Part shown: piece by piece, positions 40,006 through 50,880 of the stretch
Layout of the letters: each line of letters begins with the position of its first letter
Numbering within the stretch: position 1 is the stretch's first letter
Origin: Alkalispirochaeta sp.
Lineage (GTDB): Bacteria; Spirochaetota; Spirochaetia; DSM-27196; Alkalispirochaetaceae
Assembly: GCA_965242725.1 (NCBI GenBank)
Contig: CBDESZ010000007.1
Coordinates: forward strand, 32,001-96,000
DNA: 64,000 bases
Direction of reading: 5' to 3'
Made by a program: the position numbers and the translations under genes
Notes under the pieces: generated by a model
The model's input: the letters and a program-made list of their open reading frames with translations, nothing else
What the model was told of the DNA's origin: nothing
Databases searched by the model: none

Positions 40006-41208
40006 ATGGCACGACAAAAACTGAACATCGGGCTATTCGGCTTCGGCGTGGTAGGACAGGGACTGTACGACGTCCTCGAGAGAAGTCCGGCACTGGATTC
40101 CAAAATCAGCAAGATCTGTGTCAAGAGACGGATCAAGCGCCTTCTGCCTGACGACAGGTTCTGTTTTGACCCTGACGAGATCCTTGAAGACGAGGAAATC
40201 AATACCATAGTCGAGCTGATCGACAATGCAGATGATGCCTACTTCATCGTGAAAAAGGCGCTGCAAAAGGGGAAAAACGTCGTCTCGGCCAACAAGAAAA
40301 TGCTGGCGGAAAATTTTGCCGAAATGGTCTCCCTGGCAAAAGAGAAAAATGTCTCCCTGCTCTATGAAGCCTCGGCGTGCGGCAGCATCCCGGTCATACG
40401 GAATCTTGAAGAGTACTATGACAACGACCTTCTGCTTTCCGTAACGGGAATACTCAACGGTTCATCAAACTACATTCTCTCAAAGGTCTTTGACGACCAT
40501 GAAGAGTACGCAGATGCCCTGAAAAAGGCGCAGGAACTGGGCTTCGCGGAGTCCAACCCCTCATTTGATGTGGACGGATTTGACTCCCTGTACAAGCTGA
40601 TCATACTGACGATGCACAGCTTTGGCGTCATCGTATCTCCGGACGATGTACTCAACTACGGAATTTCCAATATTTCCGAATTCGACATCAACTACGCCCG
40701 CGAAAAAGACTACAAAATAAAACTGGTGGCACAGGTGGAACGCCTGCGGGACAAGAAGATCACCCTCTTTGTCATACCCCGATTCGTCACGCGGGACAAA
40801 TACATCTATAACGTGGAAGATGAGTTCAACGGAGTGGTGATCAAGGGAGTTGCTTATGACAAGCAGTTCATGTTTGGCAGAGGGCGCCGGCGGCCACCCT
40901 ACCGGCTCGGCAGTGCTCTCCGACATCACCGCCCTGGGCCACTACTATCGATACGAATACAAAAAGGCCAACTACTTCGGCGGATTTGAATACTTCAAGG
41001 AAGGCGCCATTGAGGTATATCTGCGATACAGCGACCCGAGAGTACTGAAGAATTTTCAGTTCCAGTCGATTTCCGAGGAATATCGCGGCCCCCGATTACC
41101 GCTACAAAATCGGTTTTATCCGATTGGACAAGCTCATTGCCATCAAGGACAAGCTGCGGGACCTCGATATTTTCCCTCGCCGCCACGGGGAATGCGTTGA
41201 ATTACTGA
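40006..41208 (+). CDS. hom: Homoserine dehydrogenase, three apparent +1 frameshifts near the 3' end
   Basis: GLFGFGVVG, VVSANK, YEASACGSIP, GILNGSSNYIL, AQELGFAE, G.GAGGHPTGSAV. Removing one base near each of 40882, 41090 and 41175 gives ~399 aa ending at TGA 41206-41208. Confidence 0.88.
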
Positions 41209-41288
41209 ATGTTTCAGGCTTCGATCCGGACCTTACCTCTATCGACCGGGCGTACACAACACAATACTCCTTGTCGGGGGCGGTTGCG

Positions 41289-42171
41289 TCACGACCGAAA
41301 CATCGCCCGTTGCATGGCTTTGATCTGGGGTGATGCAAAGAGCATGGTGACCAACAGCAGAATCACAGCGATTGCGCTTCCGAGACCGAAATGCCAATAC
41401 ACAATACCTTCTTCATATAGCAGGATCGAGAGGACCTTGGTCGCGGAGACCGGCCCGCCGCCGTTGAAGAGGTAGATCGGACCAAATTGCCGCAGTCCGA
41501 AGATAATCCGAAATGTCAATGCCGTCGCGACGGCGGGAGCGATGAGCGGGAGGGTGATGCGCCTGAACGATTGCCAGTACGAGGCGCCGTCGATTTCCGC
41601 CGCGTCGTAGAGTTCCCGGGAAATTGAGGTGATGCTCGGATAGAGTATAAGAATTGTAAATGGCGCGTAGCGCCAAATATCAATGATGACGATTGCCGCA
41701 AAACTGGCAGTAGCGTTGGAAAACCAGTTTGGACCGGCGATGCTGAGCATTGAAAGGCCGTAGTTTATCAATCCGTAGTCGGTATTGAACATATACTTCC
41801 ACACAACGACTGCGACAACGTCACTGAGTGCAAACGGTGCGATATATAGGGCGACCCAGAATCGCTGTCCCGGAAATCCTCGAGCAAGCAACAGCGAAAA
41901 AGCCCAATGCCAGGAGAAACTCACCACCCACCGCGAGAAGAACAAACAGAAATGTTCGCGCTGTGGTTGCGATAAATCCGCTCGCATCGGTGAAGATCTC
42001 GAGGAAGTTGTCTATGCCGATGAATATCCGCGGACCGGTAAGCGAGTATTCATGAAAGCTCAGAACCAATGCCCAGATTGAAGGAACTATGAGTACTGCT
42101 ACCAGAAAAGACACCACCGGCGTCAACAGTAGCAGACTGTGTAGTCGCTGCGCTTTTTCTGAACTACTCAT
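41289..42171 (-). CDS. Carbohydrate ABC permease (MalF-like), one apparent frameshift
   Basis: FIGIDNF in one frame; LYDAAEIDGA and GGGP in the next; join at the A5 run 41897-41901. Confidence 0.88.
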
Positions 42172-42259
42172 TCATTTCCCCTTTTCCATGACCCGCTTGT
42201 AAAAGCTTCAAAAGTCGAATGATCAGGTTGGCTTCACACATTACATCTCTCCCCACCTG

Positions 42260-43111
42260 TCATTTCAGTGCGCCAAAAGCAGTGCCTTGCAGCAGGAATC
42301 TCTGGATGGCCCAAAGGACGACCAATACCGGTATGAGCTGTACCGTCGTCGCAGCAAAGAGCTGTCCCCATGAAACGCCGAACATCGCACCAAGCATTTC
42401 CTGTAATACAACCGGCGCGGTTACGGCGCGGGTACTTGTAAAAAGAAAGGCGAAGAAAAACTCGTTCCACGAGAAAATACCGACAAGCGCGCTTGCCGCA
42501 ATAAGCCCTGGTGCAACCATAGGTATGGTGATACGCATAAAGGATCCAAACTTGCTGCAACCATCTATCAATGCGCTTTCTTCCAGTTCCGGCGGAATAG
42601 AGTCGAGAAATGCCTTCAATATCCAGGTGACGATGCTGACATAAAACACTGCGTAGAGAACAATCAGCGTCATATGCCGGTCTATCAGTCCGACCGACCG
42701 GAGAAAGGGAAAGAGAGGAATACTCAAAGCGACCGGCGGAAACATCCGTGCCGCGGTGATGAAGAACCCGCTCGATCTGACCCCCCGGTACCGGGAAAAA
42801 CGGGAAAACGCGTATGCCGCCGGTAGCGCAATGGCAAGAGTCAAAGCAATGGCAAGGATTGTTATGACAGCGCTGTTGCCCAGGGAGGACCAGAAGTTTG
42901 GCCACTCTTCAAATAGTTTTAAATAGTTTTGCGACGTCGGCCTGAAGACAAAATCCGGTGGATACTCGAATATTTTCGACGGCGGCTTGATGGACGATGA
43001 GGCAATAAAGAGGATCGGGAACATCGACCAGACTGCTCCCAAAATCAATCCGGCCCACGCCAATGTATTTGAGGACGCGCTTTTCAATTTATATTTATTC
43101 AGTAGTTTCAT
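42260..43111 (-). CDS. Carbohydrate ABC permease (MalG-like)
   Basis: ELEESALIDGC, FSWNEFFFA. Confidence 0.93.
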   Translation of the reverse strand: MKLLNKYKLKSASSNTLAWAGLILGAVWSMFPILFIASSSIKPPSKIFEYPPDFVFRPTSQNYLKLFEEWPNFWSSLGNSAVITILAIALTLAIALPAAYAFSRFSRYRGVRSSGFFITAARMFPPVALSIPLFPFLRSVGLIDRHMTLIVLYAVFYVSIVTWILKAFLDSIPPELEESALIDGCSKFGSFMRITIPMVAPGLIAASALVGIFSWNEFFFAFLFTSTRAVTAPVVLQEMLGAMFGVSWGQLFAATTVQLIPVLVVLWAIQRFLLQGTAFGALK

Positions 43112-43265
43112 GAATGTCCGTCTCCCCTTTTACGTACAGCCGGGTATGCTCAACGGGCCGTTCCAATTGGACATAGAAAATGGTGAAATACCATTCAATT
43201 CTTGGCCCCGGACTTACCGTCCGAGGCCAATCAATGATAATAACCATGCAGGCAATTGCGCTCTG

Positions 43266-44600
43266 TCAATCGACTTCCGGAGCAAGTTCCTCAAGACGTC
43301 GCTGAGCCGTTGCCAGTCCTTCTTCAATTTCCACGTCACCCAAAAGGATTCGCTGGAGCTGTTCGCCCAGAAAATCTCGCGACTCCGGAAAATTGTCAAA
43401 ACCGGGGAAGAGAATCCGCCCATTCGTAAGAGAGGATAACTTCACCTGCGGGTCATAGGCGAGGCTATCGGTAAAGGTGGAATCATCAAATGTGGACGCA
43501 CGAACCGGCGAGTTTCCGCTCAACGCCATTTGCAGTGTCGCATTCCGGCTCGACATGAATCGGACAAAGTCCCAGGCAGCATCCTTGTTTCTGGAGCCTT
43601 TCGGGATGACAAAAGCCCATTGAAAGACGATAGGATGCGTCACCTCATACCCTTCCGCCGGAGGAATGGGTACCACGCCGATATCGTCACGGGGAATTCC
43701 GTCTTCACCAGTCAGCTGCGCTACGTAGTCGGCGCCGGCTCCGATCATGGCTGCGCGGCCGCTCTTGAAGAGGGTGATCCGATCACTGTTTGTCTGAGAA
43801 CTCCAGTTGGGCCCCAGCGCACCGGCGTCGTACAGTTCCTTGTACTCCCTGAGAGTCTGGACGACCTCGGGTGACGTTGAAACCGTGACCTCGTAATCGA
43901 GTGTCATGAAGTCGCCATCTCTCGTCCGGATCCACCGTCCAAAAGAGAAGGGTCCTTCCTGTTTTACACCCATGTCGACAAGGCCGTAGACCTGCTCGCC
44001 GCTGGTCCGGGTAAAGGTGAGTTCTTTTGCAAGAGAAACCAGTTCTTCCCAGGTCTCCGGTGGATTATCAATTCCCCGCTCTCTGAAGATCGCCTTGTTG
44101 TAAATCAACGCACCATCCGTTCCGGCGCGCATGGGTACACCGTACAGGTTTCCATTAATCTCCAGACTCGCGCGAAGTCCCTCAAAGATATCTTCCCACG
44201 CTTCCACCGGCCTGTCGGTCATATAGCCGTCTAGGGGCTTGAATAATTCGGTTACTCGCGGTGATACCCAGGGAGTGTACACATGTCCCACGTCAATGTC
44301 GGTATTCGCCAATGAGGCTTCTCTGAAGAGGCGGTCCCGAACACCGGGAGTTGGAGCGGTGATAAACCGTACTCCCGACACACCGGGATGGGAGTCTACA
44401 AACTCGTCAACCAGATTCGCGCCACCGTTCTGGCCCATCATGAAGTTTTGATGTATCTGGTGGCCGATCACTACCAATTCAACCGGCTCTGCCCCGGACA
44501 GATCCGCTCCCTCGCCTTCTTGAGACCCACCCGCCGAGACGGGAACAACAACGCACAAAAGTCCCACGAGGACTGCAAATAAATAGAATTTGCCTTTCAT
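43266..44600 (-). CDS. Sugar ABC transporter substrate-binding protein
   Basis: Signal VSAGGSQE; YNKAIF, PPETWEE, AAWDFVRF; GGAGG-like SD before ATG 44600. Confidence 0.9.
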   Translation of the reverse strand: MKGKFYLFAVLVGLLCVVVPVSAGGSQEGEGADLSGAEPVELVVIGHQIHQNFMMGQNGGANLVDEFVDSHPGVSGVRFITAPTPGVRDRLFREASLANTDIDVGHVYTPWVSPRVTELFKPLDGYMTDRPVEAWEDIFEGLRASLEINGNLYGVPMRAGTDGALIYNKAIFRERGIDNPPETWEELVSLAKELTFTRTSGEQVYGLVDMGVKQEGPFSFGRWIRTRDGDFMTLDYEVTVSTSPEVVQTLREYKELYDAGALGPNWSSQTNSDRITLFKSGRAAMIGAGADYVAQLTGEDGIPRDDIGVVPIPPAEGYEVTHPIVFQWAFVIPKGSRNKDAAWDFVRFMSSRNATLQMALSGNSPVRASTFDDSTFTDSLAYDPQVKLSSLTNGRILFPGFDNFPESRDFLGEQLQRILLGDVEIEEGLATAQRRLEELAPEVD

Positions 44601-44868
44601 TCTGAAACCTCCTTGAGGATTGTCTTCGTGTATCGTTGTACAACGGGTAACGTCAAATCGACAGTTATTAATGTAACCGATTCGTACTCTCTTCCCCGGT
44701 ACTAGGCGTATAAAAGTAAGCCACACAAGTCGGGCATGAGACCAACTTTAGAAGAGCCGTTGGGAGTACAAATTCAGGACATATATAACTGTGGCAACCC
44801 TTTTGGGCGCCATATACTGACGGGACACGTCAAGAGATGGGAGATCAACACAAAGGGAGGCATTACCC

Positions 44869-45819
44869 GTGACAGGATTTACGCCGCTACAGGAATTGAT
44901 TGTGTATGATGACTTTGATACCGGACTGAATGGATGGGTCAATCTGGCGCCAAATTTTCAAGAGGACAAAATGGACTACTATCCGTCCCTCAAATGGGTA
45001 TCCGACTGGGGTCCTCCCATGCTGAGCTCCGCCACCTTTGGCTATGCCGGGACACATGGATCTCTGCATGGAACCTATTCAATGAAAATCGGTACGCGGC
45101 CCATAGCAGGCAAGGCCAGTGAACCTCCGATTACCGGGAGTATGGGACACGCAATTAAACGCCTCACGTTTTCAAAAAAGCAGCTGATAAAATGCGAAAT
45201 GTGGTACTCCTACAAACCAGAGCAGGATCGTCAGGGTATCGGGGAGGAGGATGTCCGTGCCTTTGGCTTCTTCTTTGACGTGCAGGACGAAGAAATTCGG
45301 TCCCACTATGGGGTCCGCTATTTGAATGCCGCCGACGGAGTTCTCCAACAACGGTGGCAATTGTTTTCCCCCTCCGGCGAGATCGATGGAGGGTGGGGAG
45401 ACATGCGGGAGACAGCGCCGCCCGGGGCAACCGATGACGACCGGCGGAGGCGCTCGGTTAAGCTGGAAACGGGCATCGACCCACAATGGAACGGAAGGCG
45501 CTATGAGAACGGTTCGGGCGACGGCTTTTACGATATCCCGGACAGCACGCAGCGGCTCTGCTATAACGAAACTGCGGATAAAATTAACTGGCACTACTTT
45601 TCGGTTACCATCGATGTGGCGACTCGGGAGTACGTCGAACTTCGTTCGGTCAACAAGGTGTTCCACCTTCGCGGTATACAACCGTTTCTCGTACCGGCAC
45701 ATCCGAGAATCAACAATCTACTGAATCCGGCCGTCTGGGTAGAATCCGACAGAGACAGGAGAGCCTTTCTCTATGTTGACTCGATCGCCATATCAACCGG
45801 CGAAAGGACAGAGGTATGA
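44869..45819 (+). CDS. Hypothetical protein, probably DUF6772 family
   Basis: YDDFDTGLNGW, PPMLSS, GTHGS..GTYSMK, L.YNET..KINWHY, recalled from memory; GGGAGG SD. Confidence 0.65.
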   Translation: MTGFTPLQELIVYDDFDTGLNGWVNLAPNFQEDKMDYYPSLKWVSDWGPPMLSSATFGYAGTHGSLHGTYSMKIGTRPIAGKASEPPITGSMGHAIKRLTFSKKQLIKCEMWYSYKPEQDRQGIGEEDVRAFGFFFDVQDEEIRSHYGVRYLNAADGVLQQRWQLFSPSGEIDGGWGDMRETAPPGATDDDRRRRSVKLETGIDPQWNGRRYENGSGDGFYDIPDSTQRLCYNETADKINWHYFSVTIDVATREYVELRSVNKVFHLRGIQPFLVPAHPRINNLLNPAVWVESDRDRRAFLYVDSIAISTGERTEV

Positions 45820-46151
45820 GACAATTTTATACCGTTGTGCTTGAGCGTATTCGGCGTTACAAATCAGATTTTCAGACTGAACCCTATGAGGTTGGATGGG
45901 CATCCGAAGCGATGTTTTTTATCCGCATGCATGAACTTACCGGTTCGGGGACCGTGATAGAAGCACGAGTACAGGTATCGGTTGACGGAATTCATTGGAT
46001 CGACGAAGGCACATCGTTTCCCGCCATCAATCACAAAGGCGACAATTTTATCCGGGTTTCACACTTCGGTGGTTGGCTGCGCCTTGCATGTACCCTCGCC
46101 GGCAAAGATCCGGAAGTCGAATTGACGGTGCAACTGGCACTGAAGGAGTAG
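45816..46151 (+). CDS. Small hypothetical protein, probably DUF6385 family
   Basis: TEPYEVGWASEA.FF.R, VQVS.DG..W.DEG, HFGGWLR; ATGA coupling. Confidence 0.65.
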   Translation: MRQFYTVVLERIRRYKSDFQTEPYEVGWASEAMFFIRMHELTGSGTVIEARVQVSVDGIHWIDEGTSFPAINHKGDNFIRVSHFGGWLRLACTLAGKDPEVELTVQLALKE

Positions 46152-46183
46152 TTAGATAGACACAGGGGAAAGCGCTGTATATC

Positions 46184-47515
46184 GTGGCGGATGGAAGGCA
46201 TGGAAGTAGTACATACATCTCAGAGGTTCCCCCGTTGCGCAATCCCGTGTTCACGTCGATGACGTCATTGCAGGCGATACGTACAAGAATACAAGGCTTC
46301 GGTACGATTGAGCAGGCGCTTTTCCCCCTCATTGGTTTGGTGGCGTTATTCCACGGCGCAGCGTGGATCGTATTTCTTTACGCACCTCACCACCCCGTAT
46401 TACCGGTGGCATGGTCGACCGTCGTATCGGGAGGAATAATCCTTTCCTTTTGTCTCAGTATTGTCGCATGGCTGATGCGTACGGAAGCTGTCCAGATCGC
46501 TACGATAGTCGCACGTATCGGGATAATTCTGTTGATAGGACGCCCGTTCGGTGAAGAGGTGGCAACGGAACTTCTCCTGATTTCATCGTTGGTGATCGAT
46601 ATCGGTCTTATCCTTCGGCCTATAACCGCGATCTTCCTGATTATCGCCGTTATCTCGATCCTTGCGCTGAGCCAGGGTGAAATGCTGGCGTGGGACGGCA
46701 CAATACCCGCAATGGAAGGATACGCGCTGGTCCTGCTAGTCTCGGTACCTGCGGCATTTGGTTACTGTTCCCTCTTTGTACGCCGAACAATCCGCCATCT
46801 GGCATTAAAACAGGATGAGCTTTCAACCATCGCGCGGGGCAGTATTGAAATGTACAAAGCAAACCTGGAATTGCAGCAGGCAAGTACGGAGGTGGAACGA
46901 CGGGCTATGCAGGCGGAGCGGTGGCGTATCAGTAGAGAACTCCACGACATCGTCGGATACGCATTCATTAATGAGCGGATGCAACTGGAAGTCGCTCTCA
47001 GCCTCCTCTATAAGTCGCCCGATATCGAAGAGCTGGCCAATCTGTTAATGCGGCTCCGGCGGCAGGCGACACAGACACTTGACGAGGCAAGAAAAGCAAT
47101 ACACGCATTGCGCACACCCTCGGAGGAGGCATCGGACGCACTGGAAAGGATCAGAACGCTGGTGGACGCGTTTGAGTCGACAACTATCGACGTAACTGCA
47201 AACTTCGGAAATGTCGTGCGCGTCAGCTTTGGCAGAGAAATAGATTCCGTTCTCTACCGGTTTACACAGGAAGGAATCACCAACGCCATCCGTCACGGAG
47301 GGGCAAAGAAAATCGATATACTCATGTGGGAATACAAGGATGAGGTGATCATATCTGTGAGGGACAACGGTGTCGGAAATTCGGGAGACGGCATGGGTCT
47401 AGGATTGACCGGACTTGAAGAACGTGTGCAACAGCTTGGAGGTGCATTAACGACCGAATCCCTTCCCTATGGATTTCAACTATCGGCAAGATTGCCGCTT
47501 ACGGCCGCGGAGTGA
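46184..47515 (+). CDS. Membrane sensor histidine kinase (HisKA_3, NarQ/DesK-like)
   Basis: About six TM; ERWRISRELHD, QEGITNAIRHG, DNGVG, GLGLTG. Start uncertain (could be 46259). Confidence 0.9.
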   Translation: MADGRHGSSTYISEVPPLRNPVFTSMTSLQAIRTRIQGFGTIEQALFPLIGLVALFHGAAWIVFLYAPHHPVLPVAWSTVVSGGIILSFCLSIVAWLMRTEAVQIATIVARIGIILLIGRPFGEEVATELLLISSLVIDIGLILRPITAIFLIIAVISILALSQGEMLAWDGTIPAMEGYALVLLVSVPAAFGYCSLFVRRTIRHLALKQDELSTIARGSIEMYKANLELQQASTEVERRAMQAERWRISRELHDIVGYAFINERMQLEVALSLLYKSPDIEELANLLMRLRRQATQTLDEARKAIHALRTPSEEASDALERIRTLVDAFESTTIDVTANFGNVVRVSFGREIDSVLYRFTQEGITNAIRHGGAKKIDILMWEYKDEVIISVRDNGVGNSGDGMGLGLTGLEERVQQLGGALTTESLPYGFQLSARLPLTAAE

Positions 47516-47518
47516 ACA

Positions 47519-48199
47519 ATGGGTGCCATACGACTGCTACTGGCCGATGACCAGGCACTTTTTATTCAAGGACTGCTCAGAGTATTTGAATTGAATGCCG
47601 AGGATATTGAAGTAGTCGGCACCGCATTCAATGGCGAGGAAGCGGTCGCGTTGGCAAATCAACATCGCCCCGACTTTATCCTGATGGACGTGCGTATGCC
47701 CGTCATGGACGGAGTAGAAGCAACACGAGTCATTCGTTCGGAACACCCGCAAATCGGCGTACTCATGTTGACAACCTTTGACGATGACCAGTATGTGAAC
47801 AGCGCAATCCAGCACGGCGCAATCGGATATCTATTGAAAGACATTCCGGCACTTGAGCTCATTTCAGTTGTACGAAATCTAAAAAGCATGTCCTCCAACA
47901 CCGCTTCAACCATGGTGATTTCGCCCGCTGTGGCACGGAAGCTTTCCGCAGAATCATCGGATAGGAAAGCGCTAAGAAAATCCGAGCTGAGACGGCTGGT
48001 CAAGGAGTATGCAACTGAAGAGCTCACCCAACGGGAACTGGAAGTCCTCGAGCTGCTCACCCGGGAGTACGATAACCATCTCATCGCGGAGAAGCTCTTT
48101 CTTGGCGAGCAGACCGTACGTAATTACGTCTCTACAATCTATGCCAAGCTCAACGTTAGTAACAGACTGGCTCTGATCAGGCTTTTTGATGAGCGATAA
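47519..48199 (+). CDS. NarL/LuxR-family response regulator
   Basis: LLADD, ILMDVRMP, GYLLK, LTQRELEVL...TVRNYVSTIYAKL. Confidence 0.95.
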   Translation: MGAIRLLLADDQALFIQGLLRVFELNAEDIEVVGTAFNGEEAVALANQHRPDFILMDVRMPVMDGVEATRVIRSEHPQIGVLMLTTFDDDQYVNSAIQHGAIGYLLKDIPALELISVVRNLKSMSSNTASTMVISPAVARKLSAESSDRKALRKSELRRLVKEYATEELTQRELEVLELLTREYDNHLIAEKLFLGEQTVRNYVSTIYAKLNVSNRLALIRLFDER

Positions 48200-48484
48200 G
48201 GGCGGTCGGTATGCAGAACAAAGAATAATACTTCAAGCATAAAGCTGCGGCGTCTCTATTACCCCGGCAAATCCATAAGCGACGGGCCGCAATTCAAGGG
48301 AGATGCAGGAGTTTACCGGCGTCAGTCCGGAATGACCCGACAACGCGTTGAAGAAGGGGTACACCCATTCCCGTAATCGCCATATAAAAATACCCAATTT
48401 GAGGTATTGTACGCCGCCGATCGCGATTTCATGCTCTAAACGAGGGAGTTATCACCCTTTTATCCAAAACGATGGAGGAATCTC

Positions 48485-50797
48485 GTGAAAAGTTGGAAAC
48501 GCATTGGTGTTGTACTTGTGTCGATAGTCATATCTCTATTGGTCATCGGGTGTCCCAGCCCGGTTGGAGATGACGGCAGTTCCGGTGGCGGTGGTACGAC
48601 ATCCGGTGACGGATCCGGTGCAACCCAGGCCATCACATTGTCCCTGGACACGTGGGAGACGGCGACGATCGGTCTTGATTCTCAATTATGGTTCTCTGCG
48701 TCCGTTTCAGCCGGTTCGGCATATCGAATTTCCTGGGATGACGCCGACGGCACCGGAACGTACGGGGTGGATCTCGTCATTGACGCCTATCATTCCGACG
48801 GGACGACAACCTATTTTTCCGATTCCGATTTCGGAGACGGTTCCAATAGCGACGACACGACCTATAAGGATGTGCATATTGCTGCGGGAGAAGATCGTAT
48901 TTACATTGTCGCCGATTCTGAATACTTCAGTGAAAGCGGAACCTTCCGGGTACGTATTTCAGAAGTAAACCTGACCTATGAGGGATCGGTAGAATCTCCG
49001 ATACAGCTCACCGCCGGTCAGGCCCATAGCGGAAAAGTTGGAGATTTTACCGGCCTGGAAGATGACTACACAAGTTTCTATACATTCACGACGTCGACAG
49101 CCGGTGATTATTCAATCGCCGCGTCGGATGTATCTCCATCAGGCTATGATTTCAGTTACGCCGTGTATACCGGCAGCGATTTCTATACCGGCGAGGTGGC
49201 GTACGAAACAAACGACACCGGGATTACCGATCTGACACTGGACGGCACCACTACCTACTATGTGGAGATCATTAACTTTGGATCCAGTGCCGTCACATAC
49301 ACCCTTACCGTCACGGCGCCGTCCGGAGGCGGAACCACCCCATCGGCGACACTGTCCGGCCTTTCCGTGACCGATGCCTCGGACAACCCGATTGCACTGA
49401 GCCCCGTCTTTTCCGCGGACACCGGTTCCTATACTGCATCAGTTGCAAACTCGGTAAGTGAGGTAACCGTCGCCGCCACCTCAACGGAGGCTACAGCAAC
49501 GGTGCAGGTGAATGACAATACCTCCACCATGGCCGGGTATGACGAAGCCACCGTCACTCTTCCCGTCGGTGATACCACGGTAACAGTTTCCGTCGATGAT
49601 GGTACGGGGACGGGAACCTACACAATCGTGATCACCCGGGCCGAAGCAGGTTCCGTCCAAATCGGTAGCTGGTCGCAGATCGGATCGGGCGCCATCGGCC
49701 TCGTCGGGACCACCACTTACAACGATCCATCTCTGGCATTTGACACAAACTTCAATCCATACGTTGCCTACATCGACGGCGACACCAAGGACGTCGGCGT
49801 CAAGCGGAGTACCGACGGTTCGACCTGGAGCGCCGTCGGCGGCAGTTCACTGAAGGACTTCTACAACGGATTGACGGGATCAATGGATGTGGACGTCGCG
49901 GTAACGGGTTCGGAAACGGCGGGACGTGTCTATGTCACCTCCAATGTGTCGACAACGCTGTTTTACATGCTCGCAACAAACGCGATCAATCTGAGTACCG
50001 ACAGCTGGGAAGGACCGTACGGCACGACGATGACCGACTATGATGCGTCCTACCTCTCCTGGGGTTACGAGGATAAGGGCCATTTCCAGTTTGTACTCAA
50101 CGACACCTTCTATCTGGCCTATGATGACTCCGGTTCCAACGACGATCTCAACGACGGATTTGTGCTTCTGAGCAACGACGGTACGTCCGTTGAATTCACC
50201 GAGGAACTGAGCAACGCCGGCGTCGACTGGACGTACAACCTGGCCGTGAAGGATCTGAACAATATGGCCGTCGGCGACTACACATGGAACGGAACGGCAG
50301 GTCTCTATGACCTCACGGTATATACCGGGAACACGTCGACCGGATTTTCACAGGTCGATACGGCGACGATCAACACGATCGCCACCGGGGACGGCCTCAT
50401 GGCCCTGGACCTCGCATACAATCCGTCCTCCGGCAATCTGGGGGTTGTGGTCAGCGATGACGGCGGATTAACGCGACTGTATGAGAACAATGGGTCGTCG
50501 TGGTCACAGATCGGCGGCGATATCGTTGCCGCAGCCGATGCAACGTCATACTCCTTCGTATGGTTGGCCTACAGCTCAACGGGCACGCCTTCGGTGCTGC
50601 TCGGCAATAGCGGCGGAACCTGGACGGGCGGAAAACGGTACAACTCGACATCAAGTTCCTGGGAAGCTCTGACCGATGCACCAAACAGTGCGACAAAGGT
50701 GTCCGATGTCGCCTTTGCAAACGGAACCCTCTACGTCTGCGGAGCCTACAATAATGGAACCAACTACGAAGCGCGGGTATGGACCTTCGCCGAGTGA
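48485..50797 (+). CDS. Large surface lipoprotein (PPC-like modules, cadherin-like beta sandwich, probable C-terminal propeller)
   Basis: Lipobox LLVIGC; Gly/Ser linker; ATLSGLSV...LSPVF...YTASVANSV...YTIVITRA cadherin-like signature; repeated WSQIG/WSAVG motifs. Confidence 0.8.
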   Translation: MKSWKRIGVVLVSIVISLLVIGCPSPVGDDGSSGGGGTTSGDGSGATQAITLSLDTWETATIGLDSQLWFSASVSAGSAYRISWDDADGTGTYGVDLVIDAYHSDGTTTYFSDSDFGDGSNSDDTTYKDVHIAAGEDRIYIVADSEYFSESGTFRVRISEVNLTYEGSVESPIQLTAGQAHSGKVGDFTGLEDDYTSFYTFTTSTAGDYSIAASDVSPSGYDFSYAVYTGSDFYTGEVAYETNDTGITDLTLDGTTTYYVEIINFGSSAVTYTLTVTAPSGGGTTPSATLSGLSVTDASDNPIALSPVFSADTGSYTASVANSVSEVTVAATSTEATATVQVNDNTSTMAGYDEATVTLPVGDTTVTVSVDDGTGTGTYTIVITRAEAGSVQIGSWSQIGSGAIGLVGTTTYNDPSLAFDTNFNPYVAYIDGDTKDVGVKRSTDGSTWSAVGGSSLKDFYNGLTGSMDVDVAVTGSETAGRVYVTSNVSTTLFYMLATNAINLSTDSWEGPYGTTMTDYDASYLSWGYEDKGHFQFVLNDTFYLAYDDSGSNDDLNDGFVLLSNDGTSVEFTEELSNAGVDWTYNLAVKDLNNMAVGDYTWNGTAGLYDLTVYTGNTSTGFSQVDTATINTIATGDGLMALDLAYNPSSGNLGVVVSDDGGLTRLYENNGSSWSQIGGDIVAAADATSYSFVWLAYSSTGTPSVLLGNSGGTWTGGKRYNSTSSSWEALTDAPNSATKVSDVAFANGTLYVCGAYNNGTNYEARVWTFAE

Positions 50798-50832
50798 CGG
50801 GTAGCACCCAGCATACCCGGTGATTGAAATCA

Positions 50833-50865
50833 GGAGCGCGGGATCATGACCGGATCCTGCGCTCC
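50833..50865. terminator. Hairpin between convergent genes
   Basis: GGAGCGCGGGATC-N7-GATCCTGCGCTCC. Confidence 0.6.
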
Positions 50866-50880
50866 GTCCCGGTAACGCGC

